In this document: piece after piece, positions 39,930-51,789 of the stretch | Numbering within the stretch: the stretch's first letter is position 1 | How the letters are laid out: each line of letters opens with the position of its first letter | Assembly (NCBI RefSeq): GCF_004010195.1 | Contig: NC_057718.1 | Location: 96,642,230-96,706,229, forward strand | DNA length: 64,000 nt | Origin: Chiloscyllium plagiosum | Lineage: Eukaryota | Direction of reading: 5' to 3' | The notes under the pieces: model-generated | Databases searched by the model: none | Seen by the model: only the letters and a program-made list of their open reading frames with translations | Told to the model about the DNA's origin: nothing | Position numbers and translations under genes: made by a program

Positions 39930-40590
39930 CATTGAAAGTGACCATATTGATACAGCAAGCAGCAAAGAAGGCAACTGGTTTGTTGGTATGTGAGAGAATT
40001 TGAGAACAGGAGCAGGGATGTCTTGCTGAAATTGTACAGGGCCTTGGTGAGGCCACGCTTGGAATATTGTGTGTAATTTTGGTCTCCGTATCTGAGGAAG
40101 GATGTTCTAGCTATAGAAGGACATTGATGCATTGAGCATTTACCACAGTGATTCCTGGGAAGGCAGGTCGGACGTATAAAGAGAGACTGGATCAGTTAGG
40201 ACAATATTCGCTGAAAGTCAGAAGAATGAAGGGTGTTCTCCTGTAAGATTCCAACAGAACCAGACAGGGTAAATGCAGAAAGCATGTGCCTGATGATCAG
40301 AATGTCCGAACTGGGAGTCACAGTCTAAGGATATGGGGTAGGCCATTTAGGGCTGAAATGAGGAGACATTTCTTCACAGGTGAGCCTGTGGAATCATCTG
40401 CTACAGAAAAAGCAGTCGAGGCCTCAAGGAGTTTGATATGTTTCTTTGAGCTAAAAGGATCAAAGGGTATGGGGGAGAATGCAGGAACAGGGTGCTGAAT
40501 TGGATGGTCAGCCATGATCATATTGATTTGCAGAGCAGGCTCAAAGGGTGGAATGGCCCATTCCTGCTCCTATTTTCTATGTTTATATGA
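39930..40590 (+). mobile_element. older CR1 3' fragment
   Basis: LYRALVRPRLEYCV*FWSPYLRKD; tail ctcctattttctatgtttatatg. Confidence 0.85.
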
Positions 40591-40724
40591 TTCTGTAAAG
40601 TTTACAGGCTCCATCTTAACTCAGGCCACTTGAAACATGACATGTTGACAGAAACAGGTTATTTTCTGTCCCCAAATAGACTAATACTCACGCAGATACA
40701 TCTGCGAATGTAAGAAACATAGGC

Positions 40725-41000
40725 ATTGCTGGAGAAACTCAGCAGGCTTGTCAGTATCTGGAGGAAGAAAGCAGAGTTTCGAGTCCAGTAACTCTTCAAC
40801 TGTTCTGATAAAGAATCACCAAATTCGAAACATGAGAGTGGAGTTAAAGTTTCAAGTTGAGTGACTCTTTATCAGAACAGATGAAGAGTTACTGGACTCA
40901 AAACTCTGCTTTCTTCCTACAGATGATGACAGGTCTGCTGAGTTTCTCTAACAATTTCTCTTTTGGCTTCAGATCTCCAGCATCTGCAGTCCTTTGTTTT
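40725..41000. mobile_element. cluster of Penelope-like family C termini
   Basis: ctggagaaactcagcagg and gaagagttactggactc...ctgctgagtttctc arms. Confidence 0.7.
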
Positions 41001-41889
41001 ATTTTATGTGAAAGCAATGCTTGATTGGAACAGTTAGCTGTCATAAGGTCTCCATTGGATTCTTCAATTCTATAATACCCAAAGCTCTTTCTTATGCTAT
41101 GGGAGATAATATAAACATTGCTGTCTCTTGCAATGATACCCTGTTGGAGCCAAATCACAAATAAATAATGGCCAGATAATCTGCCTCAATAAAGTTTGTT
41201 TAGGAATAAATATTGGTTCTTCTTTGCAGTCGTGCAGTGGGATCTGGTACAGCCAATGGAGAAAGCAGTAGAGTCTGCCGTTTAAGATCTCCTTTGTAAA
41301 GGTTGTGCCTGCACTAATGCAGCTCGCACTCTGTACCTGTTCTGGAATGTCACCATTTTGACTCAAGGTTGAGAGTATTATCTACAAAACCACATTCAAA
41401 GGAAGAATGAGTGAATTTGTTAGTGCCTGACCTGTACCATATTTCTCACTTGCAACACACACGCTGCTATGACTAACTAAGTATTTTATAACAACTTGTA
41501 CCACTTTCAAAACATGCAAAGAGTGCACCCTCCTTAACAATATTAGCTCCTTTATCTTCCATAACCACAGATTAAACAACAGGAGGTGTTTAAGAACAGA
41601 GGAATCCATTAGAGTAGAAACATCTTAACAATAAAAGCATTGCTTTGGAACACAGAGAAAGAGTGCAGTAACCACAAAGGAAACTTTTGATAACAGGAGC
41701 CTTCTTAGGATGTGGTCATCAACTAAATTGCACAGACAACCAGGTTTTGAGGTAAAAGCAATCTTAATAATGAGGCAGCATTCCAGACAATCTCATTAGT
41801 TTGTGGATTCTTGTATTTTAATTTTCAGGAGGTTGATAAAGGGATATCTTAAGCCTCTCAAAAAATAGCCCCTAACTAATGAGAACAAT

Positions 41890-42085
41890 CATGGTAAGTA
41901 AAGGTAATATCACCAGAATCCCAATGGTTTAAAGCTGAGGATCGCCACATCTCAGATAAAGGGAGAGATTAAGATGGAGAATCCTTTATGGTAAGCTCAG
42001 TCAGTGAGGGCAAGTGAACCCACGCTGTGAACGCCACTGTGATGAGCAAACCAGCCTTCCGGCCAACTGAACTATCCAAACCCCT
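41890..42085 (-). mobile_element. tRNA SINE family C
   Basis: ctcagtcagtgagggcaagtgaacccacgctg...gcaaaccagccttccggccaactga. Confidence 0.65.
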
Positions 42086-43232
42086 CATAGCAATGCCTTT
42101 CCACAGGTTCAGTCAATGCCTGCAGTCGTCCTCTGGTTCAGTCAGCCTGACAGATGGGCTCTCCCGAAGTGTTTAGCAAATCTGCACACCCAAATCCCTC
42201 CTCTTTTCTCAGAAACAAAAACGAAACAGCCTGCTGACTTACCGAGATACTTTCTCTTCTCCGTTCCAGCATGCAACACAACATGTTAACGGGTGGATGT
42301 TTTTTAAAAACAGGCTTTCAGAAGCACCCAGAGAAAAGTGACAACATGTTCCATCGAACTTCAAAGCACAGCAGAAGCCAGCAAAGGCATGTTCAAAATC
42401 CTACACCTTCTTGTTTGTTTACCCTTAATTTTAACAGTTTATCTTGGGTGTCTGCAGGCCAGCATTACAGTATAATGAAGTTATTGTTTCAATGCCACAG
42501 TGTGGTTTAAGGCTAATTATTTCCTTCCAAGCCTGCACTTATGGGGCTCAGGGCTTTTATGTTAGAGAGGAATGTGGTAATCTAACCTTACACACTTGCA
42601 GCTCTTACAGAGTTCCACTGAAGTACAACTTCATTTTGCTAAGAGGGCTTTGTTCCTCAGAAGACAGCCAGTGCTATCCTGTCTACTCACCTTAAGTATG
42701 TAATGCTTTATGTTATCCTTGGCCAGCTTAATCCCCTACTTCTTTCGAATAAATCTACACCGAAGTCCAACCTGCGTTTGTCATTTGTTGTTTGTTCAGT
42801 CCATTTAGTATGAGACCTTTCCCAAACTAAATGTGTGACAATCAAAATTGCGATGCTGGCAAATTAAATACTTTTCCACTTCTTTTGCATCAATCACTGC
42901 CAGGTCAACCACTTTTTACACTCCCTCAATAATGTGCATTCACCCAAGTCTCAAACACTTCAGAACGAACATATATCTCAAGTTACAAATTTGGAGAAAT
43001 GTTCCATGACAGCGTAAGAGCACCCCCTGTTGCATCAGTGTTGTACATCAGCTACTCAACTGGCTGAGCAATGGAGATTTCAATTAGATCTGTTACATAT
43101 TGAGGAGGATACAGGCCAAGTCTATATAATCAGCTCACATAAATTAACCTTTTACTTCCAGTAAATCTGGGCCCCACCTTATCCAGTTCCTGAATCTGAG
43201 TGCAGTACTCCAGGAGCAATCTAAGCAGAGCT

Positions 43233-43387
43233 TTCGAAGCGACGCTCCTTCATCAGGACAATCACCTGATGAAGGAGTGACGCTCCGAAAGCTAGTGTGC
43301 TTCCAATTAAACCTGTTGGACTATAACCTGGTGTTGTGTGATTTTTAACTTTGTACAGCCCAGTCCAACACCGGCATCTCCAAATCA
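43233..43387. mobile_element. Penelope-like insertion, family B, 11-bp TSD
   Basis: taagcagagct at 43222-43232 and 43388-43398; short inverted arm. Confidence 0.88.
43263..43297 (+). ncRNA. minimal hammerhead ribozyme motif (family B)
   Basis: cac-CUGAUGA-A-GGAGU-GAC-GCUCC-GAAA-GCUA-gug; palindromic AGCU stem III; cac/gug stem I. Confidence 0.75.
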
Positions 43388-43519
43388 TAAGCAGAGCTAT
43401 TACAGCTAGATTACCCAAATCTGAAGGGTGAATCATTTCTTTTCTGCACATTTTGTTATCACAGAGTCTAAACTTGGCTACAAATGCCTTTACTCTAAAA
43501 TGGAGTTCTTTATACGTAC

Positions 43520-43915
43520 CGAAGTAACCGCACACGGGCCAGTTTCCCATCACCAAGTCACCCTTCAGCAAATTTAAAACAGAGTTGAGGGGAAACTACT
43601 TCTCCCCCAAGGGTTGAGAATCTGTGGGACTCGCTACTCCAGAATGTGGTGGGTGCTGGGACAGTGAGTAAATGTAAGAAGGAGTTAAGCATATTTTTTA
43701 ATTGGTAATGGGTTGAAGGGATATGGAGAGAAGGCAGGAAAATGGGGGTGAGGAGCATATCAGCCATGATCGACAGGCAGAGCAGACTCGATTGGCCGAA
43801 TGGCCTAAATCTGCTCCTATACCTTATGAGCTACACATGTACAGTACATGGGCTCTGACCAGCCAGCTCAGAGCCAGTCCCGAGACTGAGGGCACTCTCC
43901 GAATCTTCTGTTTAT
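43520..43915 (-). mobile_element. 3' half of a solo LTR, split by a CR1 3' fragment (43566-43829, +)
   Basis: ttcccatcaccaagtcaccc [CR1] tacacatgtacagtac...cagagccagtccc...aatcttctgtttat; homologous to the 12.4 kb and 51.9 kb LTRs. Confidence 0.7.
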
Positions 43916-45655
43916 TTTATTTTCTCTTCTTTTCATTTTTTTCTTCTCTTTTTTCCCCACATTGCCGCCTAACTGCGGTAGCGCCTATTTTATACCCCGC
44001 ACCCATGTTGTGTATGTGCAGGTGTGAGACACAGTGAAATCTTCTGGTTTTATTTACTCCTGTTTTTTTCTCTTTTTTTCCTGTTCTTTTTTAAATCTTT
44101 TTTTCTTTCTTTTTTTAAATTGCCCCCACACTACCACCTAACTGAAGTAGAGCTTATTTTTCTCCCCAGCACCCATGTTGTGTGTATGTGCAGGTGTGAG
44201 ACAAGCCGTACCCTTCACATGAAAGGGCAATGCTGTGTGATCAAACAGTGAAGGGGAGGGCAAATCTTCTGTTTATCTTTTTTTTCTCGTTGTTGATCAG
44301 AGTTGAAAAGCACAGCAGGCCAGGCAGCATCCCAGAAGCAGAAGAACCAATAACCTCTTCAACTCTTCATTCCTGATGAAGGGCTTATGTTCCAAATGTT
44401 GACTCTCCTGCTCCTCAGATGCTACCCGACCATCCGTGCCCCTCAAGCACCATCCTTTTATGATATAGGCATTTAGTCCAGAGTCAGTCCCCTTCCCCTC
44501 TGACACAATCAGGAGGAGAGTCCTTGTATACACATACCCTGGTCCAGCTCCCTCAGAGCCAGCTCCTCAGAGTAAACAGAACCTCTGACACTCCTTTTTT
44601 TTAGCACCCATGTTTTTTCTTTTTTCTTTTTCTTTTTTCTTTTTCTTTTTTTCTTTCTCCTTATTTTTTTGAAAAAATTTTTATTTAACCCCCACATTAC
44701 CGCCTAACTGCGGTAGTGCTTATTTTTTCCCCAGCACCCACATTGTGTGTGTGCAGGTGTGAGACACAGTGAGAGACACAAGGTGCACGAATCTTTATTC
44801 AAATTTCCACCACCAGGAAGAAAGGAAAATACCCGGGTAGCCAGTGACAAGCCATGCCCTTCACATCAAAGGGCAGTGCTGTGTGATCAAAATAGTAAAG
44901 GGGAGGGCAAATCTTCTGTTTATTTTTTTTTCCTGTTTATTATTTTATTAAACAAATTACAACAACAGTTTACAGGGGAGGGCAAATCTTCTGTTTATCT
45001 TTTTTTTCTCGTTTTTGATCAGAGTTGAGAGTGTGGTGCTGGAAAAGCACAGCAGGCCAGGCAGCATCCCAGAAGCAGAAGAACCAATAACCTCTTCATC
45101 TCTTCATTCCTGATGAAGGGCTTATGTTCCAAATGTTGACTCTCCTGCTCCTCAGATGCTACACGACCATCCGTGCCCCTCAAGCACCATCCTTTTATGA
45201 TATGGGCAGTTAGTCCAGAGTCAGTCCCCTTCCCCTCTGACACAATCAGGAGGAGAGTCCTTGTATACACATACCCTGGTCCAGCTCCCTCAGAGCCAGC
45301 TCCTCAGAGTAAACAGAACCTCTGACACTCCTTTTTTTTAGCACCCATGTTTTTTCTTTTTTCTTTTTCTTTTTTCTTTTTCTTTTTTTCTTTCTCCTTA
45401 TTTTTTTGAAAAAATTTTTATTTAACCCCCACATTACCGCCTAACTGCGGTAGTGCTTATTTTTTCCCCAGCACCCACATTGTGTGTGTGCAGGTGTGAG
45501 ACACAGTGAGAGACACAAGGTGCACGAATCTTTATTCAAATTTCCACCACCAGGAAGAAAGGAAAATACCCGGGTAGCCAGTGACAAGCCATGCCCTTCA
45601 CATCAAAGGGCAGTGCTGTGTGATCAAAATAGTAAAGGGGAGGGCAAATCTTCTG
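43916..45655 (-). mobile_element. stacked copies of a poly(A)-tailed element with a 3' hairpin (non-LTR 3' ends)
   Basis: four copies of ca(c/t)t(a/g)cc(g/a)cctaactg(c/a)(g/a)gtag...gcaggtgtgagaca at ~43960, 44128, 44693 and 45430, each preceded by a T-tract on the plus strand. Confidence 0.7.
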
Positions 45656-45711
45656 TTTATTTTTTTTTCCTGTTTATTATTTTATTAAACAAATTACAAC
45701 AACAGTTTACA
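44253..45711 (+). repeat. near-identical tandem duplication (722 bp + 737 bp)
   Basis: unit 1 is 44253-44974 and unit 2 is 44975-45711; paired ORFs offset by 737; unit 1 lacks ~15 nt in the PLE arm. Confidence 0.95.
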
Positions 45712-45923
45712 ACAAACTGTTACATTTACAGCTGCATACAAGAGACAGCAATTTTACAAGGGAGAGAAGCAGCAAAGCCAGGCCCCAAACCCTACCATTC
45801 AAACAATTTACAGGGACATGAAGACAAACCTCAAATCCCACCTTCTGTTTATTTTATTTTTCTTTTGCCTTTTTAACAGAATAACTTTATTTGTAAAACA
45901 TTTCAGAGTTGCAGCCCAGTTTA

Positions 45924-46097
<174 letters not shown>

Positions 46098-46099
46098 CT

Positions 46100-46201
46100 A
46101 CCTTCTGTCAGCCAGGGCTCCCTGATTGGTTCAGGTTAACAACCCCTATCAGGCATCTCACAATCAATGAGATACACCTGGCCCTCATTCCAATCACTGC
46201 A
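46100..46201 (-). mobile_element. 5' half of a solo LTR
   Basis: ctgtcagccagggctccctgattgg...caatcactgca (reverse strand starts TG). Confidence 0.7.
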
Positions 46202-46639
46202 GATAGCAATTAATTTTGTGCTGAATCGTTATAATGAAGATAAAATCATCAGAGAGATACTGAGGGTGGAATTAGTCAAATAGCTGAGCTTAGGCTTGCA
46301 CGTAGCAAATCTCCTGATGGATTCAGAACCTTCCAAGATGTGTAAGGAGTCAGAAGCAATGTGGACTCATTAACATCAAGGCAGCCAGTACCAATTACAT
46401 TTTAGACTCCAGCGTGCTGGTCAGCGAAAATGCAATACTCTCTCCACCAGACCAGAATACATTCAGGAACATCTACCTTGGCTCAGTAGTTGTTGTCCCC
46501 TCAGATGAGAAGGATTTGCATTTCCAATCAAACCTAGGTTGGCATGTCAGTATGTTAAAACGCTTCAAAAAATAGCAGGGGAGAAAGGAGAAGAAAGCTA
46601 AACGTGTCGGATTAGGTCGAAGGTACATTTTTCTTTAAC

Positions 46640-46955
46640 ATTCATTCTCAGGACATGAACATCACTTACCAGTATTTATTGCCCAGACGGCAGTTGAGAA
46701 TCAACCACATTGCTCTGGGTCTGGAGTCACATGTCAGCCATCCAGGTAAGGATGTCAGACTTGCTTCCCTAAAGGACATTACTGAACCAAATGGGTTTTT
46801 CCACAAAAATCATCAACAGTTTTGTGGTCATCATTAGACCTTTAACCCCAGATTTTTATTGAATGTAAATGCCACCATCAGGATTTGAACCCAGGTCCAC
46901 AGAATGTCATCCTGGCGCCTCTAGGTTAAGTAATAGCACCATTAGGACGTGACCT
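46640..46955 (-). mobile_element. tRNA SINE family B
   Basis: tail, core and B box (reverse strand gggttcaaatcc). Confidence 0.8.
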
Positions 46956-47279
46956 CAGTATGGTACAGCAATACTAGTTGAGTCAAATGGTCTGTTTTAT
47001 GCTAAATATATTTCCAATGTGATACTGAATTCTGTGCTATTTTCTGATTTGGAGGAAATATGAAATGAAGGCTTTCTGCACTCCCTTAGACAGAGTCCAA
47101 ACAAAGTCCATAGCTCTGGTCAAAGAGGAGCAAAGGACTCCCTCCATTATCCCCCCAATGTGTGTGCACCACTTGCTATATTCTCCAACATAACAACAAG
47201 GGCTACACTTCAAAAGTAGCGGCACTGCCTTGGGATCAACCTGAAGTCAAGAAAACCATTCAATAACTGCAAGCTTTAA

Positions 47280-47640
47280 TGATTTGGAGATGCCGGTATC
47301 GGACTGGGGTGTACAAAGTTACAAATCACACAACACCAGGTTATAGTCCAACAGGTTTATTTGGAAGCACTAGCTTCCGGAGCACTGCTCCTTCATCAGA
47401 TGGTAGTGGTCCATAAACACCTGATGAAGGAAAAGCGCTCCAAAAGCTAGCACTTCCAAATAAAACCTGTTGGACAATAACCTGGAGTTGTGTGATTTTT
47501 AAGGAGAAAGTGAGGACTGCAGATGCTGGAGATCAGAGTGAAAATGTGTTGCTGGAAAAGCGCAGCAGGTCAGGCAGCATCCAGGGAACAGGAGAATCGA
47601 CGTTTCGGGCATAAGCCCTTCTTCAGGATTTTTAACCCAG
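47280..47640. mobile_element. family B PLE inverted repeat with a nested family A insertion (47503-47626)
   Basis: inner TSD gatttttaa at 47494-47502 and 47627-47635; intact family A hammerhead core on the minus strand at 47599-47626. Confidence 0.88.
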
Positions 47641-47919
47641 TTAATGATGATTAACAGTTAACTACCTGGCTTTGTTTACATTTTGGACAAAAACAGATTG
47701 CCTCTGACTGGCTACGTCGTTACCCTGAAAAGTGAATCAGCGATGGCTGTCCCATATTTTCTGGAGTGGACACTTTCTAAAGTGGAACTAGAAACTTGTG
47801 TAACATTGTTTAAAAGGCATTGCTCAAGCTGAACCCTGGCAGCTATCTTCACTTTCCTCCCAAGTGGCAAACCTGCACCAATATAATTTTTTTCAATAAT
47901 CTGGAGTAGTAGCCAATGA

Positions 47920-48018
47920 AGAGTCCAGAGAGTGTTGCTGGAAAAACACATCAAGTCAGGCAGCATCTAAGGAGCAGGGAAGTTGATGTTTTGGGCATAA
48001 ATCCTTCATCGGGAATGA
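47920..48018 (-). mobile_element. Penelope-like family A terminal fragment
   Basis: gagtgttgctggaaaaacac...ttttgggcataaatccttcatcgggaatg. Confidence 0.75.
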
Positions 48019-48269
48019 GTCCAGTGAAGTTAGTGAAACACAATCTGGCTGTATTCTCTTTATAGGTGATATCAGAATCAGAGGTGGGTTGCTTCCCTCT
48101 GAATCTATTAGTTAACTCCAAATAAATTTATTGAAGGCTAAGATTAAAGCAGAGTGTAGTCCCTATTGACTTTAATTCCAGTTGCAACTTCATGGAAGAT
48201 CTGGTATTTTTTAATAGAAAGGTTATAGTTTTACAGCAAAACAATTACATTGGTATCTCAAAGAAAATC

Positions 48270-48628
48270 TCAGAAAGTGGTAGTAGAGGGTTGTTTTTCA
48301 GACTGGAGGCCTGTGACCAGTGGACTGCCACAAGGATCGCTACTGGGTCCATTGCTTTTTCTCACTTATATAAATGATTTGGATGTGAACATAGGAGGTA
48401 TAGTTAGCACGTGTGCAGATGACACCAAAATCGGAGGTGTAGTGGACAGCGAAGAAGGTTACCTCAGAGTACAACAGGATCTGGATCAGATGGGCCAATG
48501 GGCACAGGAGTGGCAGAGGGAGTTTAATTTAGATAAATGTGAGGTGCTGCATTTTGGTAAAGCTAATCAGGGCAAAACTTATATACTTAATAAGTTGCCA
48601 AACAAAGAGACCTTGGAGTGCAGGTTCA
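48270..48628 (+). mobile_element. CR1 reverse transcriptase fragment
   Basis: WRPVTSGLPQGSLLGPLLFLTYINDLDVNIGGIVSTCADDTKIGGVVDSEEG. Confidence 0.93.
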
Positions 48629-48892
48629 TACTTCCTCCAACCAACGTTTTCATGTTTGAGAACAGAGTGCCAAACAGTCCACCCTTTGATAAGATTGTTG
48701 ATGGGCAACCTAGCTAGACCTGCTTCCTCGCCCATCTTCTTGACAGGCCGGTGCTAATGTGATACCTGGACTGGCATGTCCGTCAAACAGTCCCACGTGG
48801 AGGATGTGCCCGCACATAATCTCTGATGGAACCAATGCAAGACTGTACAATGGGTGCGGTTCCAATGGATTGTGAGCCGTGAAATAGCAAGT

Positions 48893-49253
48893 GACAGAAA
48901 GTGAGGACTGCAGATGCTGGAGAGTCAGAGTCGAGAGTATGGAGCTGGAAGAGCACAGCAGGTCAGGCAGCGTCCGAGGAGCAGGAGAGTCGACATTTCC
49001 GGCATAAATCCGTCATCAGGAATCATCAGCTTCAGCCCGAAACATTGACTGTCCTGCTCCTCGGATGCTGCCTGACCAGCTGTGCTTTTCCAGTGCCACA
49101 CTTTGACTTTGAAATAGCAGGAGACAGTGAGGTCTGCAGATGCTGGAGATCACAGTTGAGAGTGTGTTGCCGGAAAAGCACAGCAGGTCAGGCAGCATCC
49201 AAGGAGCAGGAAAATCAACGTTGCGGGCTGGAGACCTTCATCAGGAATCTATT
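48893..49253. mobile_element. two adjacent family A PLE insertions at one site
   Basis: target motif g(a/g)aatagca(a/g)g occurs three times (~48881, ~49111, ~49255). Confidence 0.8.
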
Positions 49254-50526
49254 TGGAATAGCAGGTCCCAGGCTTGTACTACTGTCAGTGGGAAATGTAG
49301 AGATTTTCCTTTAATATGTTCACAGGTAGTGGGTGTCCCTGACCAAGCCAACGCCCGTCACTAACTAACTTTGAGAGAGTAGTGGTGAACCACTTTCCTA
49401 AACCAATCAGGGGGTAGATATAATCAACTGTTAGTAAAGGAGTTCCCATATCGTGATGCAGTTCTCTATCCACAACTCAGGAACAAAGGTTAAACTGGGG
49501 GAAACTATGGCCTAAATCCCTAGATTTGATGCATACATCTGCTGTGGTTTCAGAACCCGCTCAGAGATTACCTGCTTCGGGGCATATAACTTGTTACTTT
49601 TATGGCCTGTCCACACTGACTTGTGGTTTAATGTGTTTCATTAACGCAGTATGCTTTATATAACATCATTCGTTGGCCTCTATTTAGACCCAGCTTCCCT
49701 GCAGGGTGTCTTTTAGTTTCAATCATCGCACGCCCCACAGCGCGTTTCAACAGTAAAAACCATTTCCAAGTATGCCACAAACCATCGCTGAGATTTTCCC
49801 AGCTGCATTTCGTTTCCTCAGAAATGTGTAGGAGACAAATCACTCTCAGCTGAAATGTTCTCCAAAATGACTGTGTAACTAATGGCTGAACTGTAAACTG
49901 GTTAATGCAATCAATGTGCCATCTGCACTGTCAGAGGAACACACCACTAATAGTAGTTTGATGAGACTTCAGAGAGCAGCGATAATGTACCAATGATGAA
50001 CACTTCAGACAAAGCAGCTGTGCTTTCAACAGACATATTTTTTCTGCCGTATAACAGAAATGCTAGAAGAACTCAGCAGTGTTCAATTGTTCTGTGTTTG
50101 ATTGTGCAAGACTGGTGATTGATCCATGTATGTCTGCACGATTGATTAGGTCTGGGTGCTCACTCAGAGTTGAAGTCAACAGAGAAATAGCTGGAAGCCA
50201 GGGCTGAGCTGAAAAGGGTGACATTTTGTGGTTGCAGAGATATTTAAACCTCTGCAAATTAAATTGTTGCACACTAAGAAGCGAGTGACATAACTCCATT
50301 GCTGTGATGTCAAGAAGATATAAAACCATCTATTGATATACAATATTCAGCAGTCAAGGCAACATGTGTGGAGGGGCACCAGAATTAATCGCCCCAAGAT
50401 TTGTGGGGAATGAGACACACCAGATTATGCATTTGGGTATTCCCTAAGAACACCTTTCTCTCATAGTTTCTCAACATTTAATGCCAGGATGAGATTAAAG
50501 TGCATTGTTCCTACATTCCAATGTTT

Positions 50527-51303
50527 GGAGAAAGTGAGGACTGCAGATCCTGAAGATCAGAGTCAAGAGAGTGGTGCTGGAAAAGCACAGCAGGTCAGGC
50601 AGCATCCGAGGAGCAGGAGAATCGATATTTCGGGCATAAGCCCTTCATCAACAATGAGGCTTGTGGGCCGAGGGGCTGAGAGATAAATGGGAGGGGGATG
50701 GGGTTGGGTGATGGTAGCTGAGAATGTGATAGATGGATGGAGGTGAGGGAGATGGTGATAGGTCAGAGAGGAGGGTGAATTAGATAGATAGGAAAGGTGA
50801 TGGACAGTTCAGGAGGGCAGTGCTAAATTGGAGGCTTGGGACTGGGTTAACATGTGGGGAGAAAAAATGGAGAAACTGGTGAAATCCACATTAGTCCCAT
50901 ATGGTTGTGAGGCGTTCTTCCTCCAGGCGTCGGGTGGTAAGGGTTTGGCAATGGAGGAGGCCCAGGACCTGCATTTCCTTGGTGGAGTGGGAGGGGGGAG
51001 TTGAAGTATTCAGCCACAGGCCAGTGGGGTTGGTTGGTGTGGGTATCCCAGGGATGTTCTCTGAAACGATCTGCAAGTTCGCGTCCTATCCTGCTGTTGT
51101 AGAGGAGACTACATTGGGTGCAATGGATACAGTAGATGACATTGGCAGAGGTACGGGTTAATTTATGTACAATGTGGGAGGACCCTTTGGTGCTTGGACG
51201 GTGGTGAGAGGAGAGGTGTGGCCGCAAGATTTGCAATTTCCTGCAGTGGCAAGGGAAGGTGCCGGGAGTGGGGTGTGGGCTGGTGGGGGGGCATGGATCT
51301 GTG
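50527..51303 (-). mobile_element. Penelope-like element 3' part: GIY-YIG endonuclease remnant, 3'UTR and family A terminus
   Basis: TSANVIYCIHCTQCSLLY...GRELADRFREH...PVAEYFNSP, then SHSTKEMQVLGLLHCQTLTTRRLEEERL, followed by a degenerate hammerhead in sense. Confidence 0.9.
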
Positions 51304-51732
51304 CTGTTAGTGTGTAGGGGGGTCATGAGTAACATCCTGCCGAAAGTCAATAATAGGTTCCTTGGTTTTGCCAGCATTGAGAGCTAGGTTGTTCTCAATG
51401 CACCATTTTTCCTGGTCTTCCACCTCCTGTCTGTAGTCTGTTTCATCACCATCTGAGATTTGACCAACTATTGTGGTGTCATCAGCAAACTTGTAAATGG
51501 CATTAGTCTGGTATTTGGTGACACAGTCACGGGTATACAGTGGGTACAGTAGGAGCTGAGTACACACCCCTGGGGTGGCTCCAGTGTTGAGTGATAGTGA
51601 GGATGAAATATTGTCCCCAATCTTCACTGATTGTGGCCTGTGGGTCAGGAAACTGAGGATCCAGTTGCAGAGAGTGGGGCTTAGTCCGAGATCACTAAGT
51701 TTTGTAATCAGTCTCGAGGGGATAATGTTTCT
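51304..51732 (-). mobile_element. Rex1/Babar-type LINE RT fragment
   Basis: [32 protein letters not shown]...[26 protein letters not shown]...[22 protein letters not shown]. Confidence 0.85.
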
Positions 51733-51789
51733 GAAGTTTCCGATTTATACGGAAATGTTCAGGGGGTCCCAGGTTGGAATGAGGTTCAG

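Noticed and set aside
42691..42771. 81-nt minus-strand exon with a strong donor (AAG|GTGAGT)
   Set aside because: All three frames contain stops and the acceptor lacks a pyrimidine tract.
44509..44697. Lys/Arg-rich ORF resembling a basic nuclear protein (repeated at 45246-45434)
   Set aside because: It is the translation of a retroposon poly(A) tail.
43900..45860. CRISPR-like repeat-spacer array from the recurring aatcttctgtttat
   Set aside because: The context is eukaryotic, spacing is irregular and the intervening sequences are homologous retroposon ends.
50847..51627. Apparent RT plus GIY-YIG fusion gene (176-aa and 106-aa ORFs)
   Set aside because: The RT is Rex1/Babar-type rather than PLE-type, and both parts are frameshifted fragments. 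A truncated PLE abutting a Rex1 fragment explains it.
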